From the IMG/VR virus record IMGVR_UViG_3300029267_003445, positions 1-62,107 of that record: DNA of 62,107 nt. The stretch is one strand, 5' to 3'. Positions 9,769 through 17,478 of this stretch are shown here, in pieces. Origin of the DNA: a virus. Taxonomy: Duplodnaviria > Caudoviricetes. The notes below the pieces were generated by a model, which saw only the letters and a list, made by a program, of their open reading frames with translations, did no database searches and had not been told where the DNA came from. Position numbers and translations under genes: made by a program. Numbering within the stretch: position 1 is the first letter of the stretch; each line of letters starts with the position of its first letter.

Positions 9769-10374
9769 GTGTCTAAAAAGTACGCCATCAGCGAGATTTT
9801 CTATTCCCTTCAGGGGGAGGGCGTACGCGCGGGAACTGCCTCGGTGTTTGTACGCTTCTCTGGATGCAATTTGCGATGTACCGTTGCGACGGAGGGGTTT
9901 GATTGTGATACGGACCACTCATGCAACCATGTCATGTCGGGGCGGGAAATTGCGGCCGAGTGCGCGAAATACATGTCGGAAGAGACGCCTCGGTGGGTGG
10001 TGTTCACGGGCGGGGAGCCTGCGATGCAGTTGGACGCGGACCTTGTTCATATCTTCCGCGCCCGGGGGTGGCATCTTGCCGTGGAAACGAATGGCTCGCT
10101 TCCGTTGCCGGAGGGGTTGGATTGGATCACCGTGAGCCCGCGGCGGCAAGCGATTCAAGTGCTCTCGGGGGTGAGTGAGGTGAAGTGCGTTGTGGGGGCG
10201 GAAGGGACACTGCCGGATGTTGGTAGATTGCGCCCGGGGTATCGTCTAATCAGTCCCGCATTCAACGGCCCGGACCCGGACCCGGCTGCGATTGCTCGAT
10301 GCGTTCAGTTAGTAAAGGAGAATCCAAAATGGCGGCTGTCAATACAGCTCCACAAGTTTCTTCACATCCAGTGA
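9769..10374 (+). CDS. queE: 7-carboxy-7-deazaguanine synthase (radical SAM)
   Basis: EIFYSLQGEG, FVRFSGCNLRC...CDT, TGGEP, ETNG, SIQLHK. Confidence 0.97.
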   Translation: MSKKYAISEIFYSLQGEGVRAGTASVFVRFSGCNLRCTVATEGFDCDTDHSCNHVMSGREIAAECAKYMSEETPRWVVFTGGEPAMQLDADLVHIFRARGWHLAVETNGSLPLPEGLDWITVSPRRQAIQVLSGVSEVKCVVGAEGTLPDVGRLRPGYRLISPAFNGPDPDPAAIARCVQLVKENPKWRLSIQLHKFLHIQ

Positions 10375-11252
10375 GGAGAATTACGTGGGCGGAGTTTACT
10401 AGAGACTGCGGTGGGCTGGTAGAGGAGATTCGCCGCGCCGGTTTGCGTGTTTCTGGTGTTTTTGGCGTACCGAGTGGGGGTTGTCACGTGGCGCAAATAG
10501 TTGCGCATGCTTTGGAGGTGCCCGTACTGGACGAGCCTGAGCGGGATTGTGTGGTAGTGGACGATTTGATTGATAGCGGGAAGACGATACAATCCTACTC
10601 GGCGCGCGGGCACATGTGCTTGACCTTATATCGCAAGCCGCATAGTCCGCCGGGTTATGGTATCCGTACGCTTTCGGGGTGGCTTCAGTTTCCATGGGAG
10701 CATTCGGGACGCCCGGAGGACGCGGTGACTCGATTGTTGGAGTTTATTGGGGAGGACCCCACCCGGGACGGTTTGATAAAGACGCCCGAACGTGTGTGCC
10801 GCGCGTTCGCGGAAATGACGGCCGGTTATGCGCAGACTGCGAAGGACATATTGGGTACGGTTTTCGAGACGGAGTATGACCAAGTTATCATGCTTCGGGA
10901 CATCCAGTTTTCAAGTCTGTGTGAGCATCACATGCTACCGTTCAGCGGGCTTGCGACGGTTGCCTATCTGCCGGGGACGGGTAAAGTGGTCGGTATTTCT
11001 AAACTCGCTCGGCTCGTGCAGATGCATGCGAAGCGGTTGCAGATACAGGAGCGTATGACTTCGGACATCGCGGATGACGTAATGAATATTTTGTCTGCGA
11101 AGGGCGCGGCCGTGATTATACGTGCAAAACATCTTTGCATGGGATGCCGGGGCATCAAAGACCCCGTTGCGAGCATGGTGACAAGTGAAATGCGTGGGCT
11201 GTTTCGGGAAGACGCAACGGCACGCGCTGAGCTTTTTTCTCTTGAGAAGTAA
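10371..11252 (+). CDS. folE: Fusion of a Gpt-like type I phosphoribosyltransferase and GTP cyclohydrolase I
   Basis: N-terminus ITW, GVPSGG, VVVDDLIDSGKT, WLQFPWE. C-terminus GEDPTRDGLIKTPERV, SLCEHHMLPF, SKLAR, RLQIQER, HLCM. One uninterrupted frame; GTGA overlap with queE. Confidence 0.93.
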   Translation: MRRITWAEFTRDCGGLVEEIRRAGLRVSGVFGVPSGGCHVAQIVAHALEVPVLDEPERDCVVVDDLIDSGKTIQSYSARGHMCLTLYRKPHSPPGYGIRTLSGWLQFPWEHSGRPEDAVTRLLEFIGEDPTRDGLIKTPERVCRAFAEMTAGYAQTAKDILGTVFETEYDQVIMLRDIQFSSLCEHHMLPFSGLATVAYLPGTGKVVGISKLARLVQMHAKRLQIQERMTSDIADDVMNILSAKGAAVIIRAKHLCMGCRGIKDPVASMVTSEMRGLFREDATARAELFSLEK

Positions 11253-11253
11253 T

Positions 11254-13131
11254 GTGGTCGCAATCCAAGACAAGCTAGAGCGTTCTTTCGCCCATGACGT
11301 GACGCGTTTTCTGCGGGCGCGTTTTGAGGAGATGGCGACGAAGTTGCGCCCCTATTTGCGGCGTGTGCGGCGGGATCGCCTCTCCGTTGTGGCGGGGTAT
11401 TCTCGCGGAGTAGATAGGCGGCGGGCTGCGGACGCTTACCTTTTCGATCTGTTGGCACCGCTTGCAGATACTTTGATTAGCGACGAGGCGCAAACGGTCT
11501 TTGAGTTGCTTATTTTTCGGCATTTGCGGGCGGCATACGAGGCCGGGGCGGTGGATGCGCTTCACCGCATGGGATTTGAGGCGTCCGTTGTCGATAATCG
11601 CCGCCGAACGGTTGCGAAAGCGGCTGCGGACCCCATTATTTTCGAGCTGTCGGACCCCGAAATTATTGCCGCACTTGAGGAGCGTGCTCGTATTGTAGGG
11701 GCGGGCCTCACTCCGGCAATGTTAGGCGACGCGCGGCGGCTTGTTCGGGATAAAATGGTGTTCGGGGACCTCGGTGCACACCAGACAGCGACGCAGATTG
11801 CGGCCGGGGCTGGGATTCCGCACTGGAGAGGCTTGAAAATCGCTAGAACGGAGGCCGGACAGGCGTTTAACGGCGCGACTTTCGAGCAGTATTATCGGTC
11901 CGGGGTAAGGATGAAGGCGTGGCACACCGTTGGGGATAACCGTGTGCGGGACGATCACACTATGAACGCGGCGGAGGGCTATATTCCAATCGGAAACGCC
12001 TTTGGAAATGGTGAAATGTATCCCGGGAGCGGCTCTATCAATTGCCGGTGCGCTTTGCTGGCAGATATGCGGGACCCGAAGCTGGTTTTAACCCCGTGGT
12101 CGGGTAACGCAGGGGCGTATCTCGGCCCGACGTTGCCGATAGCCCCGCTGCCCGCGCCGACAGCGAGCGGCATTTCTCCTCAAATGCTTGCGCGCTTGCG
12201 GGCGGTTTCGTCGCCCGTGTCTAAGCCGAAGTTTCTCGGGCCTCTCGGTAAGAAGGTGGGAACAATACAATCGCAAATTGATTTGATTAGGGATAAGCTG
12301 AAGGAGCACGCCGACGATGTGGCATATACTTCGCATCTAAAACGGCGGCTCACTAAGCTGGAAAAACGATTGGTAGATGTGCAACAGGGCACTCTGCCGG
12401 GCAAGGTCAAAGCGATTGAGCTTATCGAAATCAAAGGTAAGAGTCCCGTTTCCCCCGAGTTCAAGGCGAGAGTCGTGAAGCATTTAGACTCGTTGCCGCA
12501 GAAGGACTTGGCACGCATAAAGAAAGCCGGGATCAAAGTACGCCTCGGTCATCACATGGATGAGGCGTTGCCGCGGGTGAAGGGTATGACACCCCGGGGC
12601 TATCCAGCGGGGACTAAGTTTAACGAAATCGAGGGGTTGTTTTCGCCTACGGAGAATCGGATTGTCTTGACGGAGTATAAACAGGATTGGGCGTCTACGC
12701 GGCTCACGAAGGCATATCTAAGCCCCGGTCGGCTCTCTACCACGGTACGACATGAGGTAGGTCATGCAATAGATAAGGCGCTGACAATACGGCCGGAGGG
12801 CGGCGGTAGAATTATTGCTTCGCAGCAAGCGAAGTATTCGGCGCAGTATCGTCAGGAGTTCGTCAAAATCATAAAGGAGACTGGATCGGAGCTGACGGAG
12901 ACGGGGTATACGTTGCACGGCTCTGCGCGTATAATTTCTTATGAGCTTCAGCCAAATCCATCCGCGCTTAAGTGGGGCGGTTCGGGAGCGACAGACGCCG
13001 GTGCGTCTGAGATGTTTGCGGAGTTATATGCGCATCTCCGCGGTGGCGCAGCGAATCGAAGTGGGGGGCCTATTTACGCGGGCCGTTTTTCCAAGACGTT
13101 GGCAGTGGTGAAGGACATGATAGGGGGTTAA
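11254..13131 (+). CDS. MuF/SPP1 gp7-like minor head protein fused to a C-terminal HExxH metallopeptidase
   Basis: IARTE, KAWHTVGDNRVRDDH, PG...INCRC (MuF); HEVGHAID and EMFAE (zincin). Start approximate (GTG11254). Confidence 0.88.
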   Translation: MVAIQDKLERSFAHDVTRFLRARFEEMATKLRPYLRRVRRDRLSVVAGYSRGVDRRRAADAYLFDLLAPLADTLISDEAQTVFELLIFRHLRAAYEAGAVDALHRMGFEASVVDNRRRTVAKAAADPIIFELSDPEIIAALEERARIVGAGLTPAMLGDARRLVRDKMVFGDLGAHQTATQIAAGAGIPHWRGLKIARTEAGQAFNGATFEQYYRSGVRMKAWHTVGDNRVRDDHTMNAAEGYIPIGNAFGNGEMYPGSGSINCRCALLADMRDPKLVLTPWSGNAGAYLGPTLPIAPLPAPTASGISPQMLARLRAVSSPVSKPKFLGPLGKKVGTIQSQIDLIRDKLKEHADDVAYTSHLKRRLTKLEKRLVDVQQGTLPGKVKAIELIEIKGKSPVSPEFKARVVKHLDSLPQKDLARIKKAGIKVRLGHHMDEALPRVKGMTPRGYPAGTKFNEIEGLFSPTENRIVLTEYKQDWASTRLTKAYLSPGRLSTTVRHEVGHAIDKALTIRPEGGGRIIASQQAKYSAQYRQEFVKIIKETGSELTETGYTLHGSARIISYELQPNPSALKWGGSGATDAGASEMFAELYAHLRGGAANRSGGPIYAGRFSKTLAVVKDMIGG

Positions 13132-13137
13132 AGGACA

Positions 13138-13317
13138 ATGACATTATTTATTTCGCTTTATGAGAATATGGTGGGCGTGCGTTGTCCCAGTCCTGGTCCC
13201 ATCAAAGCGGACACGGAGTATGAGGTCCACCCGACGCAAGTTTTCCATGGGTACTCGTACGAAGAGCTGCGAGCAATGGGCGAAGGCATGTTTGAAGTAC
13301 CCGTGAGGGAGGGCTGA
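13138..13317 (+). CDS. 59-aa ORF, candidate immunity protein
   Basis: Hand-translated (MTLFISLYENMVG...EVPVREG); AAGGA RBS; below the ORF-track cutoff. Confidence 0.6.
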   Translation: MTLFISLYENMVGVRCPSPGPIKADTEYEVHPTQVFHGYSYEELRAMGEGMFEVPVREG

Positions 13318-13318
13318 T

Positions 13319-13444
13319 ATGTTTGACGGTATTGGGCGAGCAATGACCGCGCTCATGTGGATATGTGCTCTTGGCGTTCCGTTGGGATTGTGGAAGCTCG
13401 TTGAATTGATTATGTGGTGCTTTTCTCACATTCGCGTGGTCTAG
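13319..13444 (+). CDS. 41-aa small membrane protein
   Basis: Hand-translated MFDGIGRAMTALMWICALGVPLGLWKLVELIMWCFSHIRVV; GGGAGGG RBS. Confidence 0.6.
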   Translation: MFDGIGRAMTALMWICALGVPLGLWKLVELIMWCFSHIRVV

Positions 13445-13482
13445 TTCTGGCAAGCCACGCCTCCGCCTCCACTCTGGGGGGT

Positions 13483-13496
13483 TGCACGCGCGTGCA
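13483..13496. promoter_or_regulatory. Palindromic box copy 2
   Basis: TGCACGCGCGTGCA, 13 nt upstream of TTGACA. Confidence 0.8.
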
Positions 13497-13509
13497 GATG
13501 GTTCGCCTC

Positions 13510-13538
13510 TTGACACGATTTTTTGTAGGTGCGATAAT
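13510..13538 (+). promoter_or_regulatory. Promoter for the capsid operon
   Basis: TTGACA-17 nt-GATAAT with extended -10 TGC; AGGAGG RBS follows. Confidence 0.8.
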
Positions 13539-13562
13539 ACGTAGGATTCCGATAGGAGGGTT

Positions 13563-15128
13563 ATGATGGCGACCGCTTTAGATAAAAACGTGCGAGAGCT
13601 TCTGTCTCTAGTGTCCCCGGTCTATGCCGTGGTGGGACAAAGCGATGAAACCACGGTATCTATCAAGGGGTTTGCGAGTGTGGAAGTGATGGACCGCTCC
13701 GACGACGTTGTGCCCCCGGAGGAGTTTGACCTCGATCAGTTCATGGCGGCACCGACTCTGCTGGTCAATCACGATTACTGGACCGACACGATGGGGAATA
13801 AAGTGGCGGCCGGTCGCCCGGAAGAGGTGTACGTGGCGAAGCTGGTCCGCATCGAGGGGGATAAAGAAAATTGGGGCGTGTACGACGTAAAGAGGAAAGA
13901 AGTACGCAACACATACCCCCGCAATCGTGTACCTAATTTGAAGGCGGGCACACGGGGCCTCTTTATGGTCGCCAAAGTCACGCAACCCGAAGTCAAGCGC
14001 ATGGTTGAGACGGGAGAGCTTGCGGCCTTCAGTTGGCGGGGTCAAACACACGTTCATTATCGGGTGGCTCCCGACGGCACGACGGAGCGGGTCTTTAAGG
14101 GAATCGATCTCTGGGAAATCAGTCTCGTAAACGTGCCGGACCAGCCGGGTTCCACGTTTATCATCGGTAAAACGGCGGCGGGACAGCCGTTTGCGATGGA
14201 CGTGCCGAGCAACTCGCTATCGGTGCACCTTGTTCGATTGGACGGGGCACTGTTCTCGGGTACGTCCCAAGTATGCGAGACGCTCGAAAAATACAAAATG
14301 AAAAGTGACTCTTTGCGGCAGGAGGGGGACACGTACTTCGCCCTCCAAAGCAAAGGCGTCAATTTCGACTTGGATAATCTCGTAACCGTGCAGATTGCTC
14401 CGGGAGTGTCTGTCATTGCGGGGCCTGAAAAGGCCACTACGAGAAAGACTACTCTGGCTTGTGAGGCGTCCGCGCCAAGAGCCAAGGCGGCAGTCCCTAC
14501 GTCGGGGATTGCTTCGATTTTAGCACCGTTTCAATCAATGGAGACACGCAAGATGTCTGAAGAGAAAACGCCGGACGCCGGGGACAAGTCCGAAGAGGTT
14601 AAGGATGTGAACAAGGCCGCTGCGGAGGCCCTGAGTAAGCAAGTCGCCGTCGCGGTTGCGGCCGAGATGAAGCCCGTTATGGAAGGCATCTCGGAGACGC
14701 TGAAGACCGTGGGCGAGGGTTTTGCTCAAATTGCTGAAAAGGCCGCAACGGACGAAGCCGCTGAAAAAGAAAAGGCCGAGAAGGAAGCCGCCGAAAAGGC
14801 CGCAAAGGAAGCCGCTGAAAAAGAGGCCGCGGAGAAGGCCGCCGCTGAAAAAGAGGCTGCCGAAAAGGCCGCCGCTGAAAAAGAAGAGAAAGAGAAAGAC
14901 GCAGATTCGGAAGACGGAGACGGACCCGCGGAGAAAGCGGGCTTGGAAGAGGTGAAGAAGACGTTGGCAAGCTTGACCGATCAAATGGTTGCGGTTGCCA
15001 AGAGTGTCGAGGTTCTCGGGGAGGTTACTCCGCTGGAAACCGTGCGGGATGAGAAAGTCACCGCGAAAAAGGATGCTGACGCCGATCCGAATGAGTGTCT
15101 CGACACCTTGTTTCCCTTCACCGACTAG
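13563..15128 (+). CDS. HK97-type prohead protease fused to a scaffold
   Basis: IKGFASVEVMDRSDDVV, LLVNHD, FS, LWEISLVNVP; C-terminal EKEAAEKAA repeats; directly precedes the capsid gene. Confidence 0.88.
   Translation: MMATALDKNVRELLSLVSPVYAVVGQSDETTVSIKGFASVEVMDRSDDVVPPEEFDLDQFMAAPTLLVNHDYWTDTMGNKVAAGRPEEVYVAKLVRIEGDKENWGVYDVKRKEVRNTYPRNRVPNLKAGTRGLFMVAKVTQPEVKRMVETGELAAFSWRGQTHVHYRVAPDGTTERVFKGIDLWEISLVNVPDQPGSTFIIGKTAAGQPFAMDVPSNSLSVHLVRLDGALFSGTSQVCETLEKYKMKSDSLRQEGDTYFALQSKGVNFDLDNLVTVQIAPGVSVIAGPEKATTRKTTLACEASAPRAKAAVPTSGIASILAPFQSMETRKMSEEKTPDAGDKSEEVKDVNKAAAEALSKQVAVAVAAEMKPVMEGISETLKTVGEGFAQIAEKAATDEAAEKEKAEKEAAEKAAKEAAEKEAAEKAAAEKEAAEKAAAEKEEKEKDADSEDGDGPAEKAGLEEVKKTLASLTDQMVAVAKSVEVLGEVTPLETVRDEKVTAKKDADADPNECLDTLFPFTD
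14755..14885 (+). repeat. Imperfect coding repeats (AAEKE/AAEKA)
   Basis: Repeated GCCGCTGAAAAAGA-like units; bounds approximate. Confidence 0.75.
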
Positions 15129-15191
15129 TTAGGAGCCGCGCGTTGCGGTGTTTCCGTTTTTTCGTTTTTCGTTTCCTAAAAGGAGAGTATT

Positions 15192-16223
15192 GTGTCTCAG
15201 CACGTTGAAATCAAGCTTCCGATTGAGAAGCTTATCCAAAGCAAGAGCGCGATTGATTCGAGTTCTCTTCCCAACAGCGTTTTGAATCGGCAGCAGAGCG
15301 ACCGTTTCATTGATCTGGTTATCAATGAGTCGGTATTGCTGAAGCACTGTCGGGTCCAGCGCACTAACGCCAACAAAGGCGAGATCAATAAGCTTGATCT
15401 CGGTACCATCGTCACCGAAGGGGCGCATACCACGTCCATCGCTTCGACGCGGGTGCCGACCGAGAGCGTTGTCACGTATGACAACGAGAAGTATCGGTCC
15501 GCCTTTGACCTCAAAACCGACTTCCTGGAAGATAACCTGGAAGGCAAAGGCATCCGCGACACGCTGCTGACCATGTTCAGCAAGCGTATCAGTATCGATA
15601 CGGAGATGGCGGCAATCGAGGGCGACGACAGTCTGCCCACGGGCGACACGCAATCCGTGACGAACAACCTGCTCGGCGTTAACGATGGCTGGAGTGTTAT
15701 CCTCCAGGCGAACGTCCCCGCCGCTCAGCAGATCGACGCGGCCGGAGCAGCGCCGTCAAAGAAGCTGTATTACGACATGAAGCGTGCCATCCCGTCCCGG
15801 TACCGGGCCGCGAAGCCCGACTACGTGTGGATTGTTCCGTCGGGGCCGTCGGACAAGTGGCAGCTCGATTGGAGCGACCGGGAAACCTCGGGCGGCGACA
15901 ATCAACTCGGCACCGCGAACAGCCTGAAGTTCTGGGGCATGACGCGCCCGGGGCCGTGGGGTATCCCGATGCTTGAAGTTCCGCTGATGCCGGAAGACCT
16001 GACGTGGGGAACCGCGGGTACAGACGGTTCGGAAATCTGGCTCACCCCGTTGAAGAACCTTATCTACTTCGTCCAGCGCGACATCACGATTGAGTGGGAC
16101 CGTCGGCCGCGTCAGGACGTGTGGGAGGTGACCATCCACTTCCGCGTGGACTTCGAGGTGGAGAATTGCAACATGGTTGTTCTCGCGGAGAATGTGGCCA
16201 TGTCCGGCTCGGACTACACCTAG
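15192..16223 (+). CDS. Major capsid protein (HK97 fold)
   Basis: 343 aa after the protease; LNRQQSDRFID, FLEDNLEG, NDGW, IPSRYR, LTPLKNL; AAAAGGAG RBS; followed by a terminator. Confidence 0.9.
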   Translation: MSQHVEIKLPIEKLIQSKSAIDSSSLPNSVLNRQQSDRFIDLVINESVLLKHCRVQRTNANKGEINKLDLGTIVTEGAHTTSIASTRVPTESVVTYDNEKYRSAFDLKTDFLEDNLEGKGIRDTLLTMFSKRISIDTEMAAIEGDDSLPTGDTQSVTNNLLGVNDGWSVILQANVPAAQQIDAAGAAPSKKLYYDMKRAIPSRYRAAKPDYVWIVPSGPSDKWQLDWSDRETSGGDNQLGTANSLKFWGMTRPGPWGIPMLEVPLMPEDLTWGTAGTDGSEIWLTPLKNLIYFVQRDITIEWDRRPRQDVWEVTIHFRVDFEVENCNMVVLAENVAMSGSDYT

Positions 16224-16252
16224 TCCTTGCGGCGCTGGTGATTTGGGTTCAT

Positions 16253-16294
16253 AGCCGCCCTATCCCGGATTGGACCCGGATAGGGTGGCTTTTT
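16253..16294 (+). terminator. Intrinsic terminator
   Basis: Stem AGCCGCCCTATCC/GGATAGGGTGGCT followed by TTTT. Confidence 0.8.
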
Positions 16295-16310
16295 CCTTTG
16301 GAGGTGCCTC

Positions 16311-17474
16311 GTGGACGGATTTGAAGTGTTGGACGGGCTTGAAACTGCGGAGCCCTCGCTTGTTTTGCCCGAGGATTGGGAGGGGGCGCGGATATGCCTC
16401 CGGTTTTCTGGGGGCGTCGGGGACGTTGTGGTTGCGATAGGCGGCACGGCCGCGGCACTTGCTGCGAAGCAGTGTCATATCACGGCTGCGTCTTTGCCTC
16501 ATCAAATGCCTCTGCTGCGGCAAATGGTGGGGGTAGACGCGGCATGTTCGTCCACGGCTCTGAACGACCCAGCAAATCGGCTGAAATACGATGTACTATT
16601 GGAGTTTTCGCAGGTCTTTAACCGTTCCCGCACGTTGCGGCCGGGGAGCTATTACGGGCACGTCACAAAGAGGGTAGGTATCCCCGTTTCTCCCGGGCGG
16701 TTTCTGTTTGCCGGGTCGGTGCCCCCGGTTCCGAAGTTGGCGGTTGTCCACACGGGTTCGTCTAACCCTAATCGGAGATGGGCAGAGGCGAAATGGCGGG
16801 CGGTCATCACTGGTTTGTCGGCACACGGATACGCGGTGCGCTGTCTGGGCACGAAAGACGAGTGGGGAATACACGCGCCCGGGGACAATATTGAAAAGCT
16901 AAGTGAGCTGTCTGACGATCTGTTGTGGCAAGCGGAGCAGTGCGCGGCGGCGGAGTTATTTGTGGGTACGGACTCGGGGTTCGCTCATATTTGTGGCGTG
17001 TTGGGGGTACCGGGGGCGGTTGTGTTTACGAATACAGAACCGGCGGACGTGATTGGGGAGTACCCGTCATTGAAGGCCGTTCACGCCTATGATAGACTAG
17101 GAGTAAGACCGACCCGAAGCTTGCGCAAGGACGATCCTGACGCGATTACGTGTGGGGCGGCAATAGAACCCGAAGATGTGTTTGAGGTGTTGCGGTTGTC
17201 GAAGCCCGAGGTGGAGCCCGTGGCGGAGCAACCGATTACACGCCCCCGCATTCTCGTTCCCTCGGGGCGAGGCACGGCGGCGATACGAACAATTGAACGA
17301 ATGTGCGATGTGAGCTACGTTGGTCGAGAGGCCGAGTTTGATGCGGTTGTTTTTGTCTACAATAAAGGGACCCGGGCCGTTCGTACGGCGAGCCCGCCGC
17401 GCCTTTTGTTGGCATCTTGCACGGACCCGGATCAGGCGATGCGAGCGTTGCGTGAAATTCTAGCGGCGAGGTAA
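16311..17474 (+). CDS. Glycosyltransferase family 9 (heptosyltransferase-like)
   Basis: GGVGDVV, VHTGSSNPNRRW, FVGTDSGFAHICGVLGVP. Confidence 0.88.
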   Translation: MDGFEVLDGLETAEPSLVLPEDWEGARICLRFSGGVGDVVVAIGGTAAALAAKQCHITAASLPHQMPLLRQMVGVDAACSSTALNDPANRLKYDVLLEFSQVFNRSRTLRPGSYYGHVTKRVGIPVSPGRFLFAGSVPPVPKLAVVHTGSSNPNRRWAEAKWRAVITGLSAHGYAVRCLGTKDEWGIHAPGDNIEKLSELSDDLLWQAEQCAAAELFVGTDSGFAHICGVLGVPGAVVFTNTEPADVIGEYPSLKAVHAYDRLGVRPTRSLRKDDPDAITCGAAIEPEDVFEVLRLSKPEVEPVAEQPITRPRILVPSGRGTAAIRTIERMCDVSYVGREAEFDAVVFVYNKGTRAVRTASPPRLLLASCTDPDQAMRALREILAAR

Positions 17475-17478
17475 TACG

